This document shows, piece after piece, positions 49,005-57,092 of a DNA stretch of 64,000 nt. A program made the translations under genes and the position numbers. How positions within the stretch are numbered: position 1 is the stretch's first letter; every line of letters starts with the position of its first letter. Under the pieces are notes generated by a model, which did no database searches, was not told the origin of the DNA, and worked only from the letters and a program-made list of their open reading frames with translations. The stretch comes from a virus (taxonomy: Duplodnaviria > Heunggongvirae > Uroviricota > Caudoviricetes): the IMG/VR virus record IMGVR_UViG_3300035208_001992, one strand, 5' to 3'.

Positions 49005-49628
49005 CTACCAGGATGCGTCCTGGCGCAGATGCTGCGCGAGTTCGGGATCCTGTAACGCTATTTTCTCAAGGTCGAACTCGACGTTGAGTCCACCTGGCGA
49101 TTTAGTTGGAGGCGGTATGGTCTTAGCCAATGGCTGTATTGCGCGTGGCGTTGGATCATCTGGAGGCGGCGGCATCGTATTTTGCGGCGCCGGAATTCCA
49201 CCATTGAACATCTTGAGATAGTCTGTAGCTGGCACTTGTGACATATCGTATTCGCCGTCTGACGATACGCGTTGTGCTGGCGTGATGACTTCATCGCGAG
49301 TCTTGAGGTTGTTCTTCAATGTCTTTTGCAGCACCTCAGGCGCTAACGCAGACAGAAGCGGGACCCATATTTCCGACAACCTCTCGTTTGAGCCTTCGCC
49401 TGACGTCTTTGGATTGTAGTTCTCCGATGTCCAAAAGACGCCAAGTAGCCCACCAAGTCGTTTCATCGCGTCATCGCGGCCCTTGCGGATCCAGTGCCTG
49501 ACAAACAGCAGCTGCGTGTCAGACATTGTCGAGATGTCCCAACCTGCTGGAAGCGCGCCAAGATCAGCGATCAACTCGCCGATTGCCGCTAAACGCGGAA
49601 CGTTCTCGGTGAGCTTTATGCCAAAGGG
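49005..49628 (-). CDS. Tail assembly chaperone, frameshifted (gpGT-like) C-terminal part
   Basis: The -1 frame opens two codons before the slippery site and is in frame with track ORF 49005-49574, which has only a TTG start. Confidence 0.8.
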   Translation of the reverse strand, partial: PFGIKLTENVPRLAAIGELIADLGALPAGWDISTMSDTQLLFVRHWIRKGRDDAMKRLGGLLGVFWTSENYNPKTSGEGSNERLSEIWVPLLSALAPEVLQKTLKNNLKTRDEVITPAQRVSSDGEYDMSQVPATDYLKMFNGGIPAPQNTMPPPPDDPTPRAIQPLAKTIPPPTKSPGGLNVEFDLEKIALQDPELAQHLRQDASW

Positions 49629-50641
49629 GCGTTAGTGATCTCGCGCGTGTATCCAACTGGTGTCATGGTCGGTCCATGAGTCGGGCAGTAGCGAGGCCTG
49701 ATCGAGCCTGAGCTCACATCGATGTAGTCAGGAATGACGTTCTCGATGAAGCCACATCCATCGACGTTGCAACGGAAGTGAACGCGCTCGTCAACCTTGT
49801 CGACAGGAGCTGTCGCTTTGATCTTCTCAGCTGCAGCCACGATGTCACTTGACTCGTCGAATGCATTGTCGTATTCTTCAGCGATGCGAGCAGCCACATG
49901 GATCTTCAGTGTCGATGTGAACATCTCGAGCAGTGAAGGCGCGAATTTGACGCGCACAGCATACGGTGGGTTGAACGGGTTGTACGAGATCTTCAACGCT
50001 GACACTTGAGCCGAGAACAGCACTGAACACGGAATGCCATCGATTGCGATGACAGAGATGACGCCCATGATGAGCGCAAGCCTATACATGTACTCGTCAT
50101 TCGACTGTGACGTGCGAGATGCGAGCGACGTGCAGAAGCCCATGAGCTCCGCTGTTAGTGGCATGAGCTTGTACGTGTGCCCGCGATATTCGAAGTCATG
50201 ACCGTCTTGTTCAGTCAGTTGGAAGTCACGCATGAGTGACTCAAGCACTGGGTGCATGAGCGGCTGTCCAGGAACACGTTGTGATCCAGGAACGGTACCA
50301 GCAAGTGGCGGCGGTACCTGCTCGAATTGACGCTGCTGGCCTGACGCGGCGGTCTGCGCAATCGTCGGTTGTTCAGCAATGTTAGCAGCTTGCGCACCGA
50401 AGTCTTGCATATTGTACAGCGGAGGCATGCCGCCTGGTTGCTGAGCTGGAGCAGCAGCGTCTGGAGCACGAATCATCTCAGGGTAAAGATCTGTCGGAAT
50501 GCGAAGCGCAACGCGAGGAATGTTTGGATCGAGCGCGTTCATGTCTTGCTGAGTCATTGTCGGCGCTTCAACGCGACGTAAAGATTCAGGAAGGACATCG
50601 GCGGCACGGCTACGCGCAGGAATGTTTGGTGCATCAGGCAT
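49616..50641 (-). CDS. Tail assembly chaperone (gpG-like), 341 aa
   Basis: Upstream of the tape measure gene; FEYRGHTYKLMPLT...YRLALIMGVISVIAIDG; ends at the slippery site. Confidence 0.75.
   Translation of the reverse strand: MPDAPNIPARSRAADVLPESLRRVEAPTMTQQDMNALDPNIPRVALRIPTDLYPEMIRAPDAAAPAQQPGGMPPLYNMQDFGAQAANIAEQPTIAQTAASGQQRQFEQVPPPLAGTVPGSQRVPGQPLMHPVLESLMRDFQLTEQDGHDFEYRGHTYKLMPLTAELMGFCTSLASRTSQSNDEYMYRLALIMGVISVIAIDGIPCSVLFSAQVSALKISYNPFNPPYAVRVKFAPSLLEMFTSTLKIHVAARIAEEYDNAFDESSDIVAAAEKIKATAPVDKVDERVHFRCNVDGCGFIENVIPDYIDVSSGSIRPRYCPTHGPTMTPVGYTREITNAPLA
49622..49628 (-). other. -1 programmed frameshift slippery heptamer C CCT TTG
   Basis: X XXY YYZ in the correct phase (GCC CCT TTG GCA TAA). 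Confidence 0.75.
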
Positions 50642-50689
50642 TGTGAGTTGCTCCAGATTGTTGTTTGTTGAGTTAGTTGCTTAAATGAA

Positions 50690-50724
50690 AACACAAAAAG
50701 GCCGCTGCCCGAAGACAGCGGCCT
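50690..50724 (-). terminator. Rho-independent terminator
   Basis: AGGCCGCUG-UCUUCGGG-CAGCGGCCU, loop contains cUUCGg, followed by UUUUGUGUUUU. Confidence 0.85.
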
Positions 50725-50753
50725 AAGTTGGAAGATATGGATCGTCGATCAGG

Positions 50754-51374
50754 TCAGCGGTTGTACAACCAAAGCTGTACGCGCTTGCCTTCACCAACGA
50801 GTGCTTCGTGATCCTTGTCGTGCTTGGTGAAGCCGCAAGCGACCATGACCTTGTTCATGTTCTCGTCGTCGGTGCGCCAGACCGCGAAGACCTTCTTGCC
50901 AGCGAGATCCTTGAACGCGTTGTCTTCGCTCTGGCTGTTGATCGCGGCGAGGCCAGCGTCGAGCATTGCCTGTTCGATGCCCTTGTCCATGCGGCTGGGA
51001 CGGAGGCGAACCCAGCAGAACTCGAGCGAGTCGTGACCGAGACCGACGATGCCGCTGCGGCCGATGAGCTTCTGCATGTAGGAATTGGCCTGCTTGCGGA
51101 TGGCAGCGCAACCCTGCACCTTGCCCTCTTCCTTTGCGAGGATGACGAGCTCGGCGTCCTTGATGCGCTGATCGACGCTGTCGGGCTTGATGGTGCCGTT
51201 CTTCAGCACCAGCTCCTTAACATCGCGGTGTTCGACGTCGGTGAGCTCGGATCCCTTGAGGACCTTGAACTTCACGCGATCGAAATTGAATCCGCGCACC
51301 ACGTCTTCAGCGGTGTCAGCAGCCGTGGTGGTAACGGGCGCGGTGTCTTCCTTGGCGATCTTCTTCTTTCCCAT
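50754..51374 (-). CDS. GNAT-family acetyltransferase-like protein, 206 aa
   Basis: VILAKEEGKVQGCAAI, motif A-like VRLRPSRMDKGIEQAML, and ENMNKVMVACGF. Confidence 0.7.
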   Translation of the reverse strand: MGKKKIAKEDTAPVTTTAADTAEDVVRGFNFDRVKFKVLKGSELTDVEHRDVKELVLKNGTIKPDSVDQRIKDAELVILAKEEGKVQGCAAIRKQANSYMQKLIGRSGIVGLGHDSLEFCWVRLRPSRMDKGIEQAMLDAGLAAINSQSEDNAFKDLAGKKVFAVWRTDDENMNKVMVACGFTKHDKDHEALVGEGKRVQLWLYNR

Positions 51375-51429
51375 GGTGTGCTCCTAGATTGTGAGTTGTG
51401 ATTGGTTGCAAAGTGGAAGAAAATGTGGC

Positions 51430-51480
51430 ACTCTACGGTGCCTCCCAATAAGAATATAATCACACGGGAGGCACTAGAGT
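51430..51480 (-). promoter_or_regulatory. Intergenic stem-loop with an AT-rich loop
   Basis: actcta-cg-gtgcctccc / gggaggcac-tagagt flanking aataagaatataatcacac. Confidence 0.55.
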
Positions 51481-51508
51481 TGCAGTCTCTCAATAAGAGT
51501 TGAAGAGC

Positions 51509-52675
51509 TCAAGCGTTGACGAGATTCACGTCGGCCGTTCCTGGGCGTCGGTAGAATTCCCAACGTTGGCAATTGATGTGGCCATCAGCAACGAGCTGCT
51601 TGTCGAACAACAGGAACCAGATGTGACCTGACGTTCTTGTTGCACCGAGATTTGGGACGTCAGTCTTCTTTGACGGCTTGATCTTGGCACTCGGAATCAT
51701 GTAGACGATCTCGAGTTCACTCTCGTTGTTGCGTAGGCGTGCAGCATTCCGAAGGGCTAACAGCCTGCGCGCGTGGGCCTTGACTTCATCATCAGGCCGT
51801 TGATCTCCATACTCGTCGTAGCGTGACAGGCCAATGACCAACGCTTCGCTCATAATGAGGTAGCTGCCAAGGACGCGTTGCATACCGAAGTCGACTGCAA
51901 CTTGACGGCGAGCTATTTCAGAAACGAATGTGTTCGTGAGAACGACCGAAGCTCTGATGACTGCGGATTGCGTCGAATCAAGCTCACGCATCTTGACGCG
52001 GCCAGACAGATCGAGAACGTACGCGTCGTCACTCGTGATTGCATCGTCTGTTGCACTTGCAATCTGTTCTGCTTTGGCAACTGGTGCAGTAGCCTTTGGC
52101 GCGTCTGCTTGGTTCACGCGCTTCGCAACAGCCTGTGACTTCTTCACCTTCTGTTGTTCTTGGCGTTCAAGCACACGAGGCATGACATTGCGTAGTGCCT
52201 CGAGACCGCTGCCAATCGAGATGAACTTGTGCTGCTCTGGCGTGTCTTCGACTTCTTCGATCTGCACAGCAAGCTCGTCTTGTGCAGCGGCTTCGGCTTG
52301 ACGAGCGCGATGCTCGGCGAGATAGTCTTCGAGTGATGCGAACAGTGACTTGAGAAGTGGCTCGGCATGCATGCCAAGGAACGTGAGTGCCTTGCGCTTG
52401 ATCTTCTGAGGATTGGTGAGGTAGAATCTGCCGTAGCGCGTGAATCTGACGATTGCGTCGTTGTAGCGCTTCAGCACTGCTGCGTTGTCGACACGTACAG
52501 CGTTGAGTTCAATGAGTCTAGCCAGTGCCTTCTTTGGTTCGCGCTTCTTCGTGAGGGCCAAGACGCGCAGAATGCGATCGGCAACAAACAATCGAACTTG
52601 CTCTGGCGAAAGACCTTCAGTCGTGTCAATCGCTATAGCGAGCGGGGTTGGGCTCGTTACGGTTTCAGCTTGCAC
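51509..52675 (-). CDS. Hypothetical protein, 388 aa
   Basis: Long ORF with a GGAG RBS and its own intergenic leader. Confidence 0.8.
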   Translation of the reverse strand: MQAETVTSPTPLAIAIDTTEGLSPEQVRLFVADRILRVLALTKKREPKKALARLIELNAVRVDNAAVLKRYNDAIVRFTRYGRFYLTNPQKIKRKALTFLGMHAEPLLKSLFASLEDYLAEHRARQAEAAAQDELAVQIEEVEDTPEQHKFISIGSGLEALRNVMPRVLERQEQQKVKKSQAVAKRVNQADAPKATAPVAKAEQIASATDDAITSDDAYVLDLSGRVKMRELDSTQSAVIRASVVLTNTFVSEIARRQVAVDFGMQRVLGSYLIMSEALVIGLSRYDEYGDQRPDDEVKAHARRLLALRNAARLRNNESELEIVYMIPSAKIKPSKKTDVPNLGATRTSGHIWFLLFDKQLVADGHINCQRWEFYRRPGTADVNLVNA

Positions 52676-52724
52676 TGAGTTCTCCGGGTTGTTTGTGAGT
52701 TGGGTGGGGTTGTTGTATCGCGCT

Positions 52725-52767
52725 AGATGGAGTCAATCCAGTAGTTGTGGGTAGATTGATCCCATCT
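52725..52767 (-). promoter_or_regulatory. Intergenic stem-loop
   Basis: agatgg-ag-tcaatc / gattga-tc-ccatct. Confidence 0.45.
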
Positions 52768-52833
52768 TAATCTAATTATTCTTTACAAAGTTTGCAATGT
52801 TTACAGCGAGTTAACAAGATTCGTGTACGCGAT

Positions 52834-53232
52834 TCAATTGATCGCGTCATGCTTTTCCAGATACTCATAGATTTCTCTGCTAGCATTCGGGATCGCTTTG
52901 TTGATCTGGTCAGCGATTGATGCTGGATCATCTATAGTGCTCTTCGACTCTATGTTCTGCGCCGTGAAGATGAAGAACCAGTCGTAATTGCCTTTGAGCG
53001 CGCGATAGCCAAGATTGAGCATACGCGCGTCACTGATCGAGCGGCTGAGATGATCCAAATGAACTTTGGTAAGACCAAGCCCGCACGGAAAGCGTATGCG
53101 CACTTCAGAATGTCTATCAAGCACAGCAATCATGTTCTTGATTGTGTCAGCCGTGACTTTGCGGTAACGCTCGAGACCAATGCGCGCAATTACGTGCATC
53201 CCGTGCCGCGCTGCTAGGTGCTCAAGTATCAT
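52834..53232 (-). CDS. Class B leader cargo protein, 132 aa
   Basis: MILEHLAARHGMHVIARIGLE. Confidence 0.8.
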   Translation of the reverse strand: MILEHLAARHGMHVIARIGLERYRKVTADTIKNMIAVLDRHSEVRIRFPCGLGLTKVHLDHLSRSISDARMLNLGYRALKGNYDWFFIFTAQNIESKSTIDDPASIADQINKAIPNASREIYEYLEKHDAIN

Positions 53233-53581
53233 CGCCAGCTCGCGCAAGATCGATCATTGGAACCGTTTTGCCTGCTAACTCATGTGTGCAATCACCAAGA
53301 AACTGGATCATGCCATCTTTCACCCATGAGTGACAGATATATGCCTTTTGAGGAGGCAATGGAGCGCCTGCAATGTACGCATCATGCTCTTCGTCTGTGA
53401 TGCTGAGGAAACCTTTGCACATCACTGACGGCATAAGCGTTGGCGCTTCGAAACTGCCGTTCCATGTCCAGCACGGATGAGGCACGTCTGGACCTGCAAC
53501 AGTGATGCCATGATTCTCGCCGCAGCCTGGACATTCGAACCAAAGCGACTTTCCTTGATCTATTAGTCGTACCTTCTTCAT
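53222..53581 (-). CDS. DUF6527-like Cys/His metal-binding protein, 119 aa
   Basis: FECPGCGENH, WTWNGSFEAPTLMPSV, CHSWVKDGMIQFLGDCTH; family recognised from memory. Confidence 0.7.
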   Translation of the reverse strand: MKKVRLIDQGKSLWFECPGCGENHGITVAGPDVPHPCWTWNGSFEAPTLMPSVMCKGFLSITDEEHDAYIAGAPLPPQKAYICHSWVKDGMIQFLGDCTHELAGKTVPMIDLARAGDDT

Positions 53582-53583
53582 GT

Positions 53584-54396
53584 TCAGTCCTTTGCTCGTT
53601 TGACTTCGTCGACGATTGCGAATAGTGACGCGAGCGGAAGTGCTTTGCGACCACGGAGTGTGCTGACAAAGATCTCAGTTGAACCACTTGGTTGTCTTGC
53701 GAACACGACTTGTGCGTCCAACGGCTTGTTGAATGTCCAGACGCTCTGTTGATTGCCTTCAGGACTTTCAGTCGCGCCAATCGACGGATCTGAGAAGTTA
53801 GCTAATCCAAAGCCTTGCAATGCAACGTGTGCAGCAAGCGTGGTCAAGTTGTTGTCTGAAAGCGCTTTTGCGTGCTTCTGCTTAGCTTCGCTGATCATGA
53901 CTGCGACTTTGCGTCGTACTTCAGAAAGAGCTGGCGCGTCTGCCCAAGTGAAGTAGTGGACGTTCCATGACTCAGACAACTCGATCGATTCGCGAGATGC
54001 AGGCCAACCAGAAGCTTCTAAGATATCTGCAATAGCGCGTACACGAGCTTGAGCCCAGAAATTGCCAGCGACAGATTTGAGCAACTGAGACAACGCACGA
54101 CGTACAGCAACATGCAACAAGCGAATGTCCATGACCTCGCCATGCAATTTCGTGATGTCAACATGCGCTGGCAGACCATCAGAGTGTGACGCTCGCCAAA
54201 TGATCGGTGAGCGCGCTGTGATGCCATCAAGCTCGCGTTCTGGAATCGAGAACAGCTCGATCTCAACAAGACCGCGCTCTACCGGAATCGCGCGACGACC
54301 AGCAGGTTGGTAACCACCAGACATGCGAGCCACAGCTTCAAGCAGATCTTCTTCAGTTAGCTCCTCGATCTCTCCGCCATATGTGACGTAACGCAT
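53584..54396 (-). CDS. Hypothetical protein, 270 aa
   Basis: Long coupled ORF. Confidence 0.75.
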   Translation of the reverse strand: MRYVTYGGEIEELTEEDLLEAVARMSGGYQPAGRRAIPVERGLVEIELFSIPERELDGITARSPIIWRASHSDGLPAHVDITKLHGEVMDIRLLHVAVRRALSQLLKSVAGNFWAQARVRAIADILEASGWPASRESIELSESWNVHYFTWADAPALSEVRRKVAVMISEAKQKHAKALSDNNLTTLAAHVALQGFGLANFSDPSIGATESPEGNQQSVWTFNKPLDAQVVFARQPSGSTEIFVSTLRGRKALPLASLFAIVDEVKRAKD

Positions 54397-55019
54397 CAGT
54401 TTTCGTCCAATGGAAGGATCTTAGCGAACTCATCGTATAGCTCATTAGAGCTCTTGATCGCAGAAATTAAGCGTGGCTTAATCGCTTCGACTGTTGCTTT
54501 TGTGGCTTTGCCATCATGGTCAGCATGTAGGTCATATGTTGCGGCGATGAACGCGCTTGTAGAGTGACGCGTGCTTGGGATACGCGCAAAGTGGAGCTGA
54601 GTTGCATGTCTGCGCGCAGCGTCTGCAATCCCCTCGCAAAGCACAATGCCCGCGAGACTATTATGTGTTGCGTGAGCTGGACTAGTTAGCACAATTTGCA
54701 TAATGCCTCGCGCGTCAAATGAGCAAAGCACGCTTTCTTCATCTAGAAGATTCACAATTTGTTGATTGCCTTCCTCAATTACTTCGCCAAGTAGCACAGA
54801 AAGATTTGACATGTTTCCGTCGAGGTAATTCTCGATGCATGCGACGACATGATCATTGCCCTCCAATGCAACGCGCGCTTCTACTTTGAGACCATGCTTC
54901 TTGATAATCTTATCTACTGACATATTAGCCTCTCGATTTTGTGGCCTGACGGCCTTATAGCGTTTGATGATCGTCAAGCCATAGTAATCGTGCAAGCTAA
55001 CGCGTAACTTGTCGATCAT
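54396..55019 (-). CDS. Class B leader cargo protein; paralog of 55563-56060
   Basis: MSVDKIIKKHGLKVEARVALE (alternative start 54923); NLSVLL...LCSFDARG vs NVSVLL...ICSLECRG. Confidence 0.8.
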   Translation of the reverse strand: MIDKLRVSLHDYYGLTIIKRYKAVRPQNREANMSVDKIIKKHGLKVEARVALEGNDHVVACIENYLDGNMSNLSVLLGEVIEEGNQQIVNLLDEESVLCSFDARGIMQIVLTSPAHATHNSLAGIVLCEGIADAARRHATQLHFARIPSTRHSTSAFIAATYDLHADHDGKATKATVEAIKPRLISAIKSSNELYDEFAKILPLDEN

Positions 55020-55045
55020 TGCTTTACATCATAGTGCTTTGGCAA

Positions 55046-55558
55046 CTAGACGTCGTTGATAATTGAGTCTTGGATCAATTCCCAGACTTTCGCAGAAGCG
55101 CTCGGCGACTTGGAGAGTGCATCAATCGTAATCTTGACTAAGATCTTGTGTTTAGCAATAGGGCGCGACGCAAACAGAATCAAGATCTCGCGTCCACAAT
55201 CGAAGATCTTTAAGAAGACAGGCTTGTTTCCGTTACGGCGCTTAATTTTGCTGATCTCCTCGCGCGTCGATTCTCGATCATCGATGGACAGATCTTTTGT
55301 CGAGGCAGGATAGCCATCTGCGTGCACAGCAATATTGTTTTTGACGCGATACACGATGCCTGCACGATCAAACGCGTTAGCGATCTCAATCATGTCATCG
55401 CGATCAGCATCCATAAAAGCTAGAAACAGCCGCTCGATATTTCCTTCTTGCTTTCCAAGAAATTCTCGTATATCTTCAATGCGTGAGATGTCCTCTTCGA
55501 CTGATACACGCGCAACAACTAACTGATGACGTTGGGCAATGGCATGGATTTATTTCAT
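55046..55558 (-). pseudogene. Class B leader gene interrupted by TAA at codon 3, or using a non-canonical start
   Basis: ATG AAA TAA ATC CAT GCC... reads MK*IHAIAQRHQLVVARVSVE, in frame with track ORF 55046-55414. Confidence 0.7.
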
Positions 55559-55562
55559 GATG

Positions 55563-56060
55563 TCACTCGTCATCGTTGACGAACATAGCAAGTGCTCGTG
55601 TCAGCCTGGATGACGATCCAAGCGCTGCTATAAGCTTGTCACCAATCTCTTTGAGATTGCTACGTGTCAAAGAACCATCACTTACGTTGTTTGCAAGTTT
55701 GTATGGCAGCACAAGCCATGAGTCTCTCCACCGGCGCACAGATAATTGTGCTTGTGGACGATTTTGAGCTGCCACAGCAATCGCTTCAATAACACTAGCA
55801 GTGTCATGTTGCTCAGTGCTGACCAAAAGTGCTTGAGAGCCACGACATTCTAAAGAACAAATGACATCCGCGTCGTCAAGCGCGTCCATTGCGATGCTAC
55901 CAGCTGAAGTGCCGTCCTCGACGCGCTCAAATAACAAGACACTGACGTTCATGACATCGCTCTCGAACAGTTGCTTTAGCTTGTTTGCAACTTGATCTTG
56001 CTCAGATCCAACTCGAGCGATGACTAACCCATACTTTGCAGCGATTTTATGCGCGTTCAT
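55563..56060 (-). CDS. Class B leader cargo protein, 165 aa
   Basis: MNAHKIAAKYGLVIARVGSE. Confidence 0.85.
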   Translation of the reverse strand: MNAHKIAAKYGLVIARVGSEQDQVANKLKQLFESDVMNVSVLLFERVEDGTSAGSIAMDALDDADVICSLECRGSQALLVSTEQHDTASVIEAIAVAAQNRPQAQLSVRRWRDSWLVLPYKLANNVSDGSLTRSNLKEIGDKLIAALGSSSRLTRALAMFVNDDE

Positions 56061-56472
56061 CGATGTCCTCCAGTACCTCAACAAAGTCTTCAAGCGTCAT
56101 CAATTTGTGAGTCGTAGTTGCTTTCAACCAATCGATTGCTCTGGCTATGATGTCATCTCGAGTCTTGACCATTGTATATGATGACCAAGCAAGTACTGGT
56201 GTCTTGTCATGTACCTTGGACAATGAAATGCATGGCCCATATTTACTCGCGCATGCAGTTGTAACCATTTCAGCTATGCTGTCGCCAAGTTCTGCAGCTG
56301 TCACGTCAACGATATAGAAGTCACGTAGGACTCCCATAGTCAATAGATGCTCGATGACGCTTGCATTGTCGAGATGCTTGTCTAACAGCTTGCGAGCACG
56401 CGTTTCATGATTTTCTTCATTGCCGGCTCGCGCAAGCGCTAGCCCATGCCGTTTTAGAATCTTATGGAACAT
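56047..56472 (-). CDS. Class B leader cargo protein, 141 aa
   Basis: MFHKILKRHGLALARAGNE. Confidence 0.85.
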   Translation of the reverse strand: MFHKILKRHGLALARAGNEENHETRARKLLDKHLDNASVIEHLLTMGVLRDFYIVDVTAAELGDSIAEMVTTACASKYGPCISLSKVHDKTPVLAWSSYTMVKTRDDIIARAIDWLKATTTHKLMTLEDFVEVLEDIDERA

Positions 56473-56884
56473 TGGCAAAGTACTCCATAATGGCATTGAA
56501 TAGATCGCGATGCTTTTGCGAATGCTTTACTAAAGCATCTCGTAGTTCACGGAAGTTCTTGTACTTGGAGATGATGAACACGTTGTCATACTTCATTGGA
56601 TGATAATCATTGGCAGTGCTGTCATCCAATTCGCGCATCTCGACACCAGCGCAAAATGATGTCTCCATCAGCTCGCCAACGTCAGTAGAAAGAAGAGGAT
56701 TGGCTGAATGAATTCCAATTTCCCACAATGTCGATCGAAGATCACTGTCCTCGAATGCTTCAATCAAGAATTCTGCTAAATGAAGAGTTAACGCGTTGAC
56801 AACATTTGTGCTTAGAGCTTCTGGCTTTTCGCTGTGTGAACGCGCAACAGCTAAGCCGTGTCTAGCAGCGATGTTAGATAGCAT
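56462..56884 (-). CDS. Class B leader cargo protein, 140 aa
   Basis: MLSNIAARHGLAVARSHSE; GGAG RBS. Confidence 0.85.
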   Translation of the reverse strand: MLSNIAARHGLAVARSHSEKPEALSTNVVNALTLHLAEFLIEAFEDSDLRSTLWEIGIHSANPLLSTDVGELMETSFCAGVEMRELDDSTANDYHPMKYDNVFIISKYKNFRELRDALVKHSQKHRDLFNAIMEYFANVP

Positions 56885-56915
56885 GGTCAATCTCCGTCAT
56901 CTAGAATTCGAAGGT

Positions 56916-57008
56916 CTAAAGTGTTGAAGACATCGATGAGATAGTCTCGTTCGGCGCGCCTGCGACAACGAAACCGTATTTAGCTGAAATCTCGTGAATG
57001 CAGTCCAT
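56916..57008 (-). CDS. Leader-only mini-ORF, 30 aa (not in the track)
   Basis: MDCIHEISAKYGFVVAGAPNETISSMSSTL; GGGA upstream. Confidence 0.6.
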   Translation of the reverse strand: MDCIHEISAKYGFVVAGAPNETISSMSSTL

Positions 57009-57033
57009 GTTGATCCCATGTGGCTGTGTTGAT

Positions 57034-57071
57034 GCAAGAAAGCCCGGCGATCAATTTCGACCGCCGGGCTT
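57034..57071 (-). terminator. Rho-independent terminator, possibly bidirectional
   Basis: aagcccggcg / cgccgggctt stem (57040-57049 with 57062-57071); U-rich on both sides. Confidence 0.8.
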
Positions 57072-57092
57072 GTTTGTTGTTTGACCGTTACG

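Larger units (their letters stand above)
50641..52702 (-). promoter_or_regulatory. CAACTCACAA motif in three consecutive 5' leaders (50641-50650, 51389-51398, 52693-52702)
   Basis: Exact 10-mer 0-20 nt upstream of three start codons. Confidence 0.55.

Noticed and set aside
55550-55552. Alternative genetic code (stop-codon reassignment)
   Set aside because: TAA, TGA and TAG all end normal coupled genes across the window; this is a single case.
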